Sequence record: PZ662386.1
Length of the DNA stretch: 52,735 bases
Origin: a phage
Strand: one strand, 5' to 3'
Part shown: in pieces, positions 1 to 9,862 of the stretch
Numbering within the stretch: the first letter of the stretch is position 1
How the letters are laid out: every line of letters begins with the position of its first letter
Position numbers and translations under genes: made by a program
The notes under the pieces: generated by a model
The model's input: only the letters and a program-made list of their open reading frames with translations
What the model was told of the DNA's origin: nothing
The model's database searches: none

Positions 1-31
1 ATCTGGCCTCCTATCTTATTCGGAGTCGCTT

Positions 32-217
32 ATGCGCACAATACAATGTCCCAACTGCCATTATGAAATTGCAGAAGATGATTTCATAACGCAGCAATGT
101 CCTATCTGTGATTCATATATGCCGCTAAACCGCCTGTATTTAAAGGCCGATTCTGGTTTAGGCAGCATCATTCGCATCAATCCCGTGCAAACTCAGCCAT
201 TAGTGGATTGTGATTAA
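32..217 (+). CDS. small zinc-ribbon protein, function unknown
   Basis: 61-aa ORF with two CxxC pairs (CPNCH...CPICD). Confidence 0.35.
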   Translation: MRTIQCPNCHYEIAEDDFITQQCPICDSYMPLNRLYLKADSGLGSIIRINPVQTQPLVDCD

Positions 218-236
218 AAACAAAGAGAACGAATCA

Positions 237-2255
237 ATGTCAAAGACTGATGACCTCGGACCGGAGTTTAATGATACAGTAGCCTCGTATCTTGCCAAGC
301 ACTACGGTGACGTATTAAAAGTCTCAAGAGAAAGATTCTGTATTCTATCTTTGCCATTGCTCCGTCGATATATTTCAGAAAATACTGCAATAGTTGACAG
401 CTATGAAGAACAAATTCAAGCAGAGTTAGAAGGCCAGGGTCTTGAAAACGATGCTGTATTGCGTTCCGTTTTCAGAGCACAACTTGAGCGTCTTCGCTCT
501 GGCGACAAGAAAGACTCAACTGCCTATGCAGATGAGTTGAAGAAAGGTATTCAAGCAGGTGTTACTGACCGTGTTGCAGGTTCCACATTGGAGGAGCCAA
601 ACTCGGAGCATGATAACACCGATGAACTTGTAGACAAGATTCTGCATGACCCACATAACGTGGACCCAACTGTAATCCCTGCCAAGGTTGCAGAACGTGT
701 TCGCAAAATCTTGATGAAAAGTTTCGAAGCCTTTGGTAAATGGCAGTTCCATATTCAAATGGGATTTCCATTTCAAGCACAAGACTTTCACGATGTGATA
801 TTCAATGTTGGTCAGAAGGTTGTTGATGGTGAGATTGACCGCTTAATAGTGACCATTCCTCCACGACACTCTAAGACTCAGCTTATGAGTATTGCATTGC
901 CCTTGTATTCATTTTGCCACAATGAATCAAGCCATAACATTATCACCTCGTATGCAGAAGACGTTGTTCTTGAATCGAGCGGTTACATCCGTGCTGTAAT
1001 GATGGACCCACTATTTCAACGCATATTCCCGAAGGTGAGAATCGACCCTAACAAACGTTCTCTTGAACGCTGGGGTACAACCAAAGCTGGAGTTATGCAC
1101 GCAGTACCTACTGGTGGTAAGCTAACTGGTAAAGGTGCTGGACTTCTTGTTGCAAAATACTCCGGCTGTTTCGTGGTGGATGACGTTATCAAACCGAAAG
1201 ATGCCTACTCTGACACAGTTCGAGCAGAAATCAACGACCGATTCGATAACACCTTTATGTCACGTCTTGCCAACGATGGTTGCATAACTGATTCATACGG
1301 AAACCAAATTAAGTGTGCCCGTACACCAATGGTTATCATCATGCAGCGAGTTCATGACCAGGATTTAGTTGGTTACATACTCCGTGGTGGCTCTTCTGAC
1401 AAATACCATTATCTCAATATCCCAGCGATTATTGAGAAAGGAGTTGGAAGTGCTGAATGGTATGATAAGTTAATCAAGAAGCAGAACTACACTCACGCTA
1501 TTCCCATTCTGTACAATTTGAACAGGAAGGAAGAGAAGTCTGCATTATGGCCTTCACGTAAGAGTTTAGAATCTCTGGAGGCGATGAAAGAGTCTAACCC
1601 ATACACATACAATTCACAGTATGCTGGCGACCCATCTGCACAAGGCCACGGCCTTATCAAAGAAGATTGGTGGCAAGAGTATGAGCCAGACGTTTTCGAC
1701 AGAAGTCGCGTAGTCAGAAGTTTTATCACAGCGGATACGGCATCAACTGCCAAATCCTATTCTGATTATTCGGTCCTTAAGCATTGGGGCGTGACTAAAG
1801 AGCGTGATGTTTATTGTTTAGATATTATGCTCGGTAAGTTTGAAACTCCAGAACTCAAGACTGCTATTATCGACTTCTGGAACAAATGCAACAAGTTGGA
1901 CTTGAAATGTGTAGGTTGTATTCCTCGTGCATTGTACATGGAAGACAAGTCTGCTGGACAATTCTTGAACCAACAATTTATTAGAGATGGGAGTGTCCGA
2001 GTTTTACCGCTGCCTCGTGATGGCATTAATGGTAATGACAAGGTAACTCGATTCCTTAACGCAATCCCATATTTCTCGCAAAAGAGAATATTCTTCCCTG
2101 CTGGTCATGAACACATTGACCACGTTAGACGTGAAATACTTGGATTCACTTCTTTGGGTAGTGGTACTGGACACGACGATTGCGTCGATAACGTTTCAGA
2201 TATGGTTGCAATCGAATTCTCTGGCCCAAGTGCCAACTACTCCGCATGGATGTAA
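237..2255 (+). CDS. terL: terminase large subunit
   Basis: P-loop-like IPPRHSKTQ, Walker B-like FVVDDV, C-terminal nuclease-like ITADTA and GHDDCVDNVSD motifs; sits before portal; alternative GTG start at 210. Confidence 0.85.
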   Translation: MSKTDDLGPEFNDTVASYLAKHYGDVLKVSRERFCILSLPLLRRYISENTAIVDSYEEQIQAELEGQGLENDAVLRSVFRAQLERLRSGDKKDSTAYADELKKGIQAGVTDRVAGSTLEEPNSEHDNTDELVDKILHDPHNVDPTVIPAKVAERVRKILMKSFEAFGKWQFHIQMGFPFQAQDFHDVIFNVGQKVVDGEIDRLIVTIPPRHSKTQLMSIALPLYSFCHNESSHNIITSYAEDVVLESSGYIRAVMMDPLFQRIFPKVRIDPNKRSLERWGTTKAGVMHAVPTGGKLTGKGAGLLVAKYSGCFVVDDVIKPKDAYSDTVRAEINDRFDNTFMSRLANDGCITDSYGNQIKCARTPMVIIMQRVHDQDLVGYILRGGSSDKYHYLNIPAIIEKGVGSAEWYDKLIKKQNYTHAIPILYNLNRKEEKSALWPSRKSLESLEAMKESNPYTYNSQYAGDPSAQGHGLIKEDWWQEYEPDVFDRSRVVRSFITADTASTAKSYSDYSVLKHWGVTKERDVYCLDIMLGKFETPELKTAIIDFWNKCNKLDLKCVGCIPRALYMEDKSAGQFLNQQFIRDGSVRVLPLPRDGINGNDKVTRFLNAIPYFSQKRIFFPAGHEHIDHVRREILGFTSLGSGTGHDDCVDNVSDMVAIEFSGPSANYSAWM

Positions 2256-2257
2256 AT

Positions 2258-2470
2258 ATGGCGGTTATCACTCGATTAGATGCCCGCTCACGCAAGAACA
2301 ACTCCTTCCAGATTCAAGATTTGGAAGGAAACATTTTATGTGTGATTGAGGCAGTTTCTACCACAGAGAGCGACTGTGTTAAGTTAAAGCACGAGTCAAA
2401 TCTGCGACTCCACACCTCCGACAACATTCAAATTGTTAAGGGTAATGGAACTATTCTAAGGAAGAAATAA
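2258..2470 (+). CDS. small head-tail joining protein (lambda gpW-like position)
   Basis: 70-aa ORF between terminase and portal, start and stop coupled by overlap (TAATG with portal); call by position only. Confidence 0.35.
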   Translation: MAVITRLDARSRKNNSFQIQDLEGNILCVIEAVSTTESDCVKLKHESNLRLHTSDNIQIVKGNGTILRKK

Positions 2471-3786
2471 TGACTTCCAAGAAGAAAAACAATCTTTCTG
2501 TTAAAGTTGCAGATGGGTTAGAAAACCTTGTAACAGGGTTGGGCGGTCAGGCAGATAAGTCCACCTTTAACCAGTGGACTTTCTCAAACAAGAACGCGAA
2601 CTATCGCGAACTTATGAACCGCTTCCGTGAGGATTGGGTGGCACAGAAGGTGTGTACCGTTATTCCTCAAGATATGACGCGTAAGTGGCGACATATTGAT
2701 AGTGAAGAAGGACGCAAAGCGGATAAGAAACTTCGTATTCGTAAGCTGTTCCGTGAAGCATATCAATGGGCCAGATTATATGGGACTTCATTTGTTCTGC
2801 TCGACCTAAAAGGTACGGGCAAACTTGATACACCATTGCGACTGGATAACTTGAAGACTGGATGTATTAAATCCATGAGAGTTATTGACCGCTCACGCTT
2901 ATTTGCCGCAGGGACTATGGTTCTGGACCCTTTGAGTCCTCACTATGGTTTGCCAGAGTATTACACTTTGGCTGGGTATCCCGGCTATATCCATTACACT
3001 CGTTTCCTCCGGTTCGAGGGTACTGAACTGCCGCTGTTCGAATTCCAACGTAACATGTGGTATTCTGATTCGGTACTTATTCCACTGCTGAAAACGATTG
3101 ACCAATTCTATACAACTGCTGCTGCTGCTGCCAGCCTTGCCCAAGAAGCCACCATTGATGTGGTAACTGTTGAAGGTCTACAATCGCTGCTTACATCACC
3201 AGAAGGTGAAGCTGCTGTGATGAAGCGCTTCAAACTTATGAAGCTGGCAAAGAGTATTTATAACGTCTTAATTCTCGACAATACTGAGAAGTATGACACC
3301 AAGTCAATTGCACTATCTGGTGTGAAAGATTTGATTTGGGAATACTTGAAGATAGTTGCTGCCGCAGTTGGTATTCCGGCTACACGTTTCCTTTCTGCAT
3401 CTCCGGACGGTATGAACGCTACGGGCGAATCTGACCTCGTAAACTATATCGACTTGTTGACTGGCTTGCAGACTTCTGTGTTCGACCCTCGTTTAGATGT
3501 GGTAGACAAGATTGTCCAAGCGCACTTTGGCATTGAAGAATATAACTACGAATGGTTAGACATCTTCCCTGAATCCAATGTTGAGAAAGCGAAGCGAGCT
3601 AAAGATTTGGCATTTGCTGTTGACCTGCTGGTTAACAACGGTACTATTACTACCGAAGTTGCAAACGAAGTCATGTTCCATTCGGGCGTGTTCGGAACTT
3701 GTGACCTTGGCAAACCAAATCCTAATCCACCTAACATCCAAAAGGGTAACGCAAGTGAAGCAAAACCAAAACCTGGTTCAGCTTAA
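2470..3786 (+). CDS. portal protein
   Basis: 438-aa ORF directly after terminase, RBS GGAAG, size and position typical of portal. Confidence 0.7.
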   Translation: MTSKKKNNLSVKVADGLENLVTGLGGQADKSTFNQWTFSNKNANYRELMNRFREDWVAQKVCTVIPQDMTRKWRHIDSEEGRKADKKLRIRKLFREAYQWARLYGTSFVLLDLKGTGKLDTPLRLDNLKTGCIKSMRVIDRSRLFAAGTMVLDPLSPHYGLPEYYTLAGYPGYIHYTRFLRFEGTELPLFEFQRNMWYSDSVLIPLLKTIDQFYTTAAAAASLAQEATIDVVTVEGLQSLLTSPEGEAAVMKRFKLMKLAKSIYNVLILDNTEKYDTKSIALSGVKDLIWEYLKIVAAAVGIPATRFLSASPDGMNATGESDLVNYIDLLTGLQTSVFDPRLDVVDKIVQAHFGIEEYNYEWLDIFPESNVEKAKRAKDLAFAVDLLVNNGTITTEVANEVMFHSGVFGTCDLGKPNPNPPNIQKGNASEAKPKPGSA

Positions 3787-4819
3787 CGACGAAGATACCG
3801 TGAATGAAGTAGTTTTGTTGAACGACAAGGCTACTTTAACGACCCGTCGTTTACGTGACTCTGGCGAAATGATTGCAGAATGCACCATCGCTCGTACTGG
3901 CATTATGCTGTACAAGGCAAAAGAGCTTGGTGAAATTGCAAAACATCTGGACCCAGAATCTATTTGCCGTGTTCGTACCAAGCCGGAAGTATTATTTGAC
4001 GAAGCAACTATTGAAGGCTGTCGTTCAATTCCGGTTACTATCGGCCATCCGAAAAATGATGTTAACATCAAGAACAACAAAGAACTCCAGAAAGGGTTCA
4101 TCGAAGGGCGTCCGGTTGCAGACGGTTCTTTCTTGGCTGCATCAATCGTTTTGAATGACGAGCAAGCTATTCGATTAGTTGATTCTGGTGTTGACCAAAT
4201 CTCCTTGGGCCATAATGCTGAACTGGCTGTATCAGAAGATGATGAAGCTGACTTCGATAAAGTTCGCATTATCCCTAACCATGCTGCAATTGTTGTTCGT
4301 GGTCGTGCTCAAACTACCCGCATTGGTGACTCTGGTGAAGAGATTGCCATTGTTGATAAGGCAACCTTTGACGTTGTTGAAGCAGAGCGTGATGCAGCGC
4401 TTGACAAGATTAGCGCCCTTGAGCAGAAACTTGCTGATGCAGAAACTGCACGACTATCCGATGAAGCTATTCAGGCTGAGGTAGACAAACGTGTGGTTGC
4501 TCGTACAGCGCTGCTTGTTGATGTGGCACGTCTTGGCGACGAGTTCTCCAACCTCGATTTCTCCGGCAAAACCGATGCAGAAATTAAGTTGGCTGTAGTT
4601 AATAAATTGCATGACAAGGATTTCAGCGATAAGAGCGAAGACTATATCTCCGCCCGTTTCGATGCGGCTCTTGAAGATTGCGATTCCATTACTTTGGGAG
4701 ATGCCCTGAATCAGTCTATGCAATTCTCTGCTAAGAAAGATTCAGAAGCTCGCAAACCTAAAGTTTCTATTTCCGAAGAAGCTAACAAACGTCGTTTAGA
4801 ACGCTTCAACTCTTTATAA
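3755..4819 (+). CDS. prohead protease / scaffolding protein (putative)
   Basis: Position between portal and capsid genes; C-terminal coiled-coil (ERDAALDKISALEQKLADAE); likely GTG start at 3755 with AGGG RBS; the ORF-track start at 3578 lies inside portal. Confidence 0.5.
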   Translation: MKQNQNLVQLNDEDTVNEVVLLNDKATLTTRRLRDSGEMIAECTIARTGIMLYKAKELGEIAKHLDPESICRVRTKPEVLFDEATIEGCRSIPVTIGHPKNDVNIKNNKELQKGFIEGRPVADGSFLAASIVLNDEQAIRLVDSGVDQISLGHNAELAVSEDDEADFDKVRIIPNHAAIVVRGRAQTTRIGDSGEEIAIVDKATFDVVEAERDAALDKISALEQKLADAETARLSDEAIQAEVDKRVVARTALLVDVARLGDEFSNLDFSGKTDAEIKLAVVNKLHDKDFSDKSEDYISARFDAALEDCDSITLGDALNQSMQFSAKKDSEARKPKVSISEEANKRRLERFNSL

Positions 4820-4828
4820 GGTAAGACA

Positions 4829-5302
4829 ATGCCAAAGCAAGATTGGTCTATTAATACTGGTGAAGCATATGCAGGTGAACAATATGGCCTGGCTACCACC
4901 AACTCCCAGCGCCTGACTTACGTTGCCGAAGAAGAAATGGCAAACTTTGGTCTGGCTGTTGTTCAGGGCACGGCCTCTAATCAGGTTAAACCTGGTATTG
5001 AAGCAGACGGCACTGTTCTGGGCATCACCATGCGCCAGATTAACATCGAATCTGCTACCCGTCCTGGCGACGGCACTGTTGCTATCAAAGTTGGCTGGCC
5101 TCTGGGCGTTATGCTGTCTGGCCCAATCATGGTCAAACTGGTAACTGCAATCACCGATAAAGACATTGGCGTATCTGCCACTGGTCAATTCGGTGGCGTT
5201 GGTGCTGGCTATACTAAAGCAACCAACCTGACTGCCCTGCGTTATCCGGCTGCTGCTGGTGATGTTGTTCCAGTCATGATTAACGTAGTCCCAAAGCCGT
5301 AA
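4829..5302 (+). CDS. head decoration protein (putative, lambda gpD position)
   Basis: 157-aa ORF immediately upstream of major capsid gene, strong RBS AAGGTAAG, highly biased codon usage. Confidence 0.45.
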   Translation: MPKQDWSINTGEAYAGEQYGLATTNSQRLTYVAEEEMANFGLAVVQGTASNQVKPGIEADGTVLGITMRQINIESATRPGDGTVAIKVGWPLGVMLSGPIMVKLVTAITDKDIGVSATGQFGGVGAGYTKATNLTALRYPAAAGDVVPVMINVVPKP

Positions 5303-5595
5303 CGCCACCTCCAGCTCCTACGGTGTCTGCTGTAGCAGGGACTGTAACTGCGGACGCATCTGCCTCTGATGCCACTGTAACTGTGGACAAGCTATTTAAG
5401 TTTGAGAACTCCGCAGCAACAGATTACAACTTCGCCGTTACTCCTGCTGTAGCTGGTGTTTCTGTGGCGGCAAACGGCACTGTGACTGTACTCAATGCAA
5501 CGACTACAGCCACTTCTGCGACAATCAAGGCAACAAATAAAACAGCATCTGGCGTAACTGCAACCAAAGAAATTACCATTACGCCGAAGGCTTAA
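5284..5595 (+). CDS. Ig-like (Big_2-like) C-terminal extension reachable by -1 frameshift from decoration gene
   Basis: -1 frame opens right after a stop at 5281-5283; slippery heptamer C_CCA_AAG at 5290-5296; Pro-rich linker TPPPAPT then Thr/Val/Ala-rich Ig-like sequence. Confidence 0.45.
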   Translation, partial: RSPKAVTPPPAPTVSAVAGTVTADASASDATVTVDKLFKFENSAATDYNFAVTPAVAGVSVAANGTVTVLNATTTATSATIKATNKTASGVTATKEITITPKA

Positions 5596-5603
5596 GTTGC
5601 ACT

Positions 5604-5624
5604 GGCGCAATTAATAGTTGCGCC
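5604..5624 (+). other. perfect 7-bp stem-loop (GGCGCAA / TTGCGCC) between decoration and capsid genes
   Basis: Inverted repeat with 7-nt loop seen directly; no T-run follows, so possibly a processing or stability element. Confidence 0.3.
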
Positions 5625-5650
5625 TCACCAAACAATATGGATTAAATTAC

Positions 5651-6658
5651 ATGCCAAAGATGATTAAACTGGCGGACGGTTCTGAATTCGAACTGAACGA
5701 CGCTATCACCCGTATTCAGGATTCTGGCACTGTTGTCCTGAATGACGACGATGCAGTATTCTTTCAACGCCAGCTTGAGTACATTGAAGCTAAAACTTAT
5801 GACACCCTGTATCCAGAATTGGAAGCTCGTGCAGCTTTCGGTGTGGATACTACTGGTGGTGCTGGCGTAAACACTCTGACCTACCGTTCTTACAACCATG
5901 TTGGTAAAGCACAGGTAATTAACGCTCGTGCAACCGACCTGCCGAAGTCCAGCATTTCTGGTAAAGAATACAGTATCCCTGTTAAATCTGTTGGTACTGC
6001 ATTCGACTACGATATTGATGAAGTGGCATCCGCTGCTGTTACTGGCCTCCCGCTGGAAACTCGTAAAGCAAATGCTGCTATTCGTGGTTATGAGCAGTAT
6101 GTTAACTCTGCTGCATGGTACGGCGATAAAGCTAACGGATTTGTTGGCTTCTTCGAAAACCCAGACATCACCAAAGCAACTGTTGCTCAGGGTGCTGGCG
6201 GTTCTACCAAGTGGGCCGAGAAGACCCCGACCGAAGTTATTGCTGACCTGACTGCTGCTGTGTCTGCAATGTATGCTTCTACTCTGAAAATCATGCGCCC
6301 AGACGAAATCTGGATGCCTGTTGAGCATGAGCAGTACATCTTCAACACTGCACGTTCTGAGCAGTCTGATAAGACGATTGGTCAATTCTTCATTGACAAC
6401 AACCAGTTCATCAACTCCCGTGACAAAATCAAGGGTCTGAACGCAATCAAAGGCCACGGCGATGCTGGTTCCGATTGCTTCGTCGTTGTTTGCCGCAATG
6501 CAATGGGCAACCGTACTTTCCGTCTGCGTGAACCTCTGCCGCTGACCTGGCAACCAGTACAGCTTCATGGTCTGGTTTATGAAGTTCCTGGCCGTGGTCG
6601 TTTCGCTGGCTTCCAAGCGATGTATCCGGCAGCAATCTCCATCAACTCCGGCATCTGA
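5651..6658 (+). CDS. major capsid protein (lambda gpE-like)
   Basis: 335-aa ORF after scaffold and decoration genes, very biased high-expression codon usage; alternative upstream start at 5618. Confidence 0.75.
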   Translation: MPKMIKLADGSEFELNDAITRIQDSGTVVLNDDDAVFFQRQLEYIEAKTYDTLYPELEARAAFGVDTTGGAGVNTLTYRSYNHVGKAQVINARATDLPKSSISGKEYSIPVKSVGTAFDYDIDEVASAAVTGLPLETRKANAAIRGYEQYVNSAAWYGDKANGFVGFFENPDITKATVAQGAGGSTKWAEKTPTEVIADLTAAVSAMYASTLKIMRPDEIWMPVEHEQYIFNTARSEQSDKTIGQFFIDNNQFINSRDKIKGLNAIKGHGDAGSDCFVVVCRNAMGNRTFRLREPLPLTWQPVQLHGLVYEVPGRGRFAGFQAMYPAAISINSGI

Positions 6659-6664
6659 TAAATA

Positions 6665-6684
6665 GGGCGGGAATATTCTCGCCC
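6665..6684 (+). terminator. stem-loop after capsid gene (possible attenuator/terminator)
   Basis: GGGCGGG...CTCGCCC hairpin 7 nt after the capsid stop; weak T-run. Confidence 0.3.
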
Positions 6685-6704
6685 ATAACTTAAGAGAAAT
6701 AGTA

Positions 6705-7145
6705 ATGCAGATTAAGAACAACGAATCACGCAACCTTCAATTCTTCTTCTATAAGAAGGGAAAGTCTGGCAAATCTGAACTGGACTTTGTTCACATTCCT
6801 GGTGGCGCAACTGTAGAAATCGACGATGAAATCTACAAATCTCTTACGGCATCTCTGACGGAAGTTGAAGAACTGCGCGAAGAAGTGGTTCCGCTTGATG
6901 ACGAGAATATCGGTGCTTCTGTTAAGACCGGTAAAGAAGCTCTTGTCATTAAAGAGTATTACAGCACTGGCAAAACTCGCAAAGTCAACCTGGTTAAAGA
7001 AGCAATCAAAGCTGGTTCTCTTACCATTGTTGAACGTGTGAAAGTTGGTATGCCTGACATTGATGCTATTCTGACTAAGAATGGTATTGATATTAAGGGT
7101 ATGCCAGAAGACGTTAAACTGGCACTCTACGATAAGTTGGCGTAA
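6705..7145 (+). CDS. hypothetical head-associated protein
   Basis: 146-aa ORF with RBS AAGAGAAAT; position between capsid and connector genes. Confidence 0.5.
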   Translation: MQIKNNESRNLQFFFYKKGKSGKSELDFVHIPGGATVEIDDEIYKSLTASLTEVEELREEVVPLDDENIGASVKTGKEALVIKEYYSTGKTRKVNLVKEAIKAGSLTIVERVKVGMPDIDAILTKNGIDIKGMPEDVKLALYDKLA

Positions 7146-7535
7146 ATGATAACACTGACCGATTTGGTTAAACGTTATCCGGCAATGGCTGACATGACTC
7201 CTGAGCGTTTTGATATTTTAGTTGAAGATGCAAAACTTATCATGGGGACAATCGAATCGCGTTGGTGTGGGTTTTATAACCCAGCTATGGCATCACTTAT
7301 AGCGCATTGGTCTGCAACAATTGACGACTTAATGCCTGGTGATGCCGCAATGCCAGCTATGCCTGTTAGTCGTACCGATGTGGACGATGTTCAGGTAGAG
7401 TTTAGCGACCGAATCATTTCAACAATTCCTTATGTTGAAGCTGATTTCATGTCTACTGTGTACGGTCAACGTTACTTGCAATGGCGGCGAATGGCATTTG
7501 CTGGGCCGAGGGTTAGCCCTGGGTCGCAGTTTTGA
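7146..7535 (+). CDS. head-tail connector / adaptor (putative)
   Basis: 129-aa ORF in the head-tail joining block; call by position. Confidence 0.4.
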   Translation: MITLTDLVKRYPAMADMTPERFDILVEDAKLIMGTIESRWCGFYNPAMASLIAHWSATIDDLMPGDAAMPAMPVSRTDVDDVQVEFSDRIISTIPYVEADFMSTVYGQRYLQWRRMAFAGPRVSPGSQF

Positions 7536-7894
7536 TTAACCAACGTCGAGCATTTAACCGCTACACAACCACTCGTATGTATCTTGAGGTATATCAAGAA
7601 GGTTACTACGATGACAAAAATAATTGGGTTGGTGATTCATATGCTCCAAAGAAACCCATCCGATGTACTCCCATACCTTATGGTGACAGGGATTCTGGCG
7701 TAAGCGGCCAATCGCTTAAAGCTACAGAAGTCGGAGAGCGCCAACCTGCATTCATGCAAGTACATTCCCGAACTGAAATGCCGATGAAGTCTATCCTAAC
7801 TATCTACGGCCTTCGTTATAAAGTTATTTCTGTTTCAGACTACAAGGCAGCTGGATTCTTTGAAGTCATTGCTGCTAAGGAGCTAGAGAAATGA
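7532..7894 (+). CDS. hypothetical head-tail joining protein
   Basis: 120-aa ORF overlapping neighbours by 4 nt; TTG start. Confidence 0.4.
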   Translation: MINQRRAFNRYTTTRMYLEVYQEGYYDDKNNWVGDSYAPKKPIRCTPIPYGDRDSGVSGQSLKATEVGERQPAFMQVHSRTEMPMKSILTIYGLRYKVISVSDYKAAGFFEVIAAKELEK

Positions 7895-8403
7895 TTTATG
7901 ATGAAGATATTCAGGCGATGAAGGATATTGTGGACGTCTGTGTTGGCGTCCCACGCTTCTCTTATGAGATGCAGATAAACGCACCTCGACCATCTGATAA
8001 CTATGCCGCAATAAAATGTGTGTCGTCAGTTAATCCAGGCTTTGATGAAACTCGAATCGAAGTACGCGATGGTGAGGAGGTATTTGTTACGAGAGGGATT
8101 CGAATCTTAACTTTCTATATTCTCTTCTCACGTCGTGGGAGTGAATATGTTAAGTTTGATAATTCCTTCTTCCGTCCAGATGTTCAGGCCATGCTTAAGA
8201 GCAAAGGCTTTGCGACACTTGACAAAAATCCACTGAATCTTGCCTCGTTAACTCTTGAGACGAATTGGGAATTCCGAGAAGGAATCCAAATCAAATTCAA
8301 TGTTCTACGTGAAGACGTAATGAGCATTGGAACAATGTCTGACGCCAGTGTTGGCGGCAAATTCTACGACGGTGGTGAACCCATCCTAATTAAGGGAATC
8401 TAA
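7891..8403 (+). CDS. neck / tail completion protein (putative)
   Basis: 170-aa ORF with RBS AAGGAG, immediately before sheath gene. Confidence 0.4.
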   Translation: MIYDEDIQAMKDIVDVCVGVPRFSYEMQINAPRPSDNYAAIKCVSSVNPGFDETRIEVRDGEEVFVTRGIRILTFYILFSRRGSEYVKFDNSFFRPDVQAMLKSKGFATLDKNPLNLASLTLETNWEFREGIQIKFNVLREDVMSIGTMSDASVGGKFYDGGEPILIKGI

Positions 8404-9852
8404 ATGGCAATTCCAATTTCCGACATCATCCAGGTCAACATTGCGGTAAGTCCTAACGCTGTTGCCGTGGAAGGTTTTGGTCCTCTTCTGTTTCTGAGCA
8501 AGGAGTTTACTCCAGCCCCAGGCGAAGCTGTTCCTGTTCGTCAATATACCAGCATGGCTGCTGTATCTGCTGATTTCCCATCTGGTGAAATTTATCAAGC
8601 TGCTCTGGCATGGTATTCTCAGAAACCAACTCCAAAGTATTTCCTCGTAGGTGCTATCACCCATGAAGATGTTACTCTGGCAACTCCTGGTACTGTAACC
8701 GCATCTTCTGCTGCGACTCTGGAAACCATTACTGCGTTAACTAATGGTGTTCTGTCTATCAATATTAACGGCGTTGATAAGTCTACTGCACCAATCAACT
8801 TCTCGTCCGCAGACGATTTTGCTGCTGCTGCATCAATGCTTAATGCTGCATTTGTTGCTGCCGACATTCCTGCAACTGTTACGCAGACCACAGGCACTTT
8901 CAAAATCACTACCAACGAAACTGGCGTAAATTCCATCATTGGTAACGTGTACGGTTCTGCTGCTGCGGCATTTAAACTTGACTCTGCTTCAAGCCCTGTG
9001 CATGTTCAAGGTACTGATGAAGTATCTATCGGCACCGACTTGAATGCAATCTTGAACTCTACGTTCGACTTCTTCTTTGTTGCTATTGACCGCAAATACC
9101 GTGGCAGTGCTGAGGGTAATAACCAGATGACTGTTGCCAAGTGGGCAGAAGCAAACGGCAAAGTATTTGGTTGGGCTGATAGCGACCCGCAGATTCTGGT
9201 TCCTGGTGCTGAATCTAGCTTTAAGCGTGCCAAAGAGCAGAACCTCCAACGCACTCTGTTGGTGTATGATGCGTCTGATAATGGCGACGAGTATCCAGAA
9301 GTTTCTATCCTGGGTCGTGCATCGACCGTCAACTTCAACGTTGCAAACTCTTCGCTCGTTCTGGCATTTAAACAAGGTCCAGCTATCAAGACTGCTGACT
9401 TGTCCCCGAACCAGCTTGCTGCACTTGAGCGTGTGAACGGTAACGCATTCATCAACGTTGGCGGGAACACTATGTTCTACAACGGCAAGATGGCTGACGG
9501 CACTTGGTTCGATACCGTGCAGGGCGTTTCTTGGTTAACCTCCAAGATTCGTGCTAACGTGTTCAACCTGTTCTACACCTCCACTACCAAGATTCCTTGG
9601 ACGGACACTGGTGTTGCACTGGTGAACCAGCAAGTAACCCTGGCTCTGGAACTGGCAGTGACAAATGGTCTGATTGCCCCAGGTTACGACAATGAAGGCA
9701 ACTTCTATCCAGATGGCTACAAAGTCTTGTCTACCGACTTGGCTCTGATGCAATCTCAGAAAGGTGCTCGTATCTGGGAAGGCACTTCCTTCATTGCAAT
9801 TGGCTCTGGCGCATTGCAGGGTGCAGTTATCTCTGGCAACTTCGTTCAGTAA
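8404..9852 (+). CDS. tail sheath protein
   Basis: 482-aa ORF followed by 151-aa tube gene and frameshifted chaperone; size and order typical of contractile tails. Confidence 0.65.
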   Translation: MAIPISDIIQVNIAVSPNAVAVEGFGPLLFLSKEFTPAPGEAVPVRQYTSMAAVSADFPSGEIYQAALAWYSQKPTPKYFLVGAITHEDVTLATPGTVTASSAATLETITALTNGVLSININGVDKSTAPINFSSADDFAAAASMLNAAFVAADIPATVTQTTGTFKITTNETGVNSIIGNVYGSAAAAFKLDSASSPVHVQGTDEVSIGTDLNAILNSTFDFFFVAIDRKYRGSAEGNNQMTVAKWAEANGKVFGWADSDPQILVPGAESSFKRAKEQNLQRTLLVYDASDNGDEYPEVSILGRASTVNFNVANSSLVLAFKQGPAIKTADLSPNQLAALERVNGNAFINVGGNTMFYNGKMADGTWFDTVQGVSWLTSKIRANVFNLFYTSTTKIPWTDTGVALVNQQVTLALELAVTNGLIAPGYDNEGNFYPDGYKVLSTDLALMQSQKGARIWEGTSFIAIGSGALQGAVISGNFVQ

Positions 9853-9862
9853 GGTGCGATAA

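Noticed and set aside
3578-3754. Upstream ATG start for the protease/scaffold ORF
   Set aside because: It would overlap the portal gene by about 200 nt in another frame; GTG at 3755 with an AGGG RBS is more plausible
5642-6733. 363-aa ORF on the minus strand antisense to the major capsid gene, and other minus-strand ORFs throughout the track
   Set aside because: They lie entirely inside strong + strand genes with clear motifs and codon bias, have no RBS and no recognisable motifs; treated as shadow ORFs
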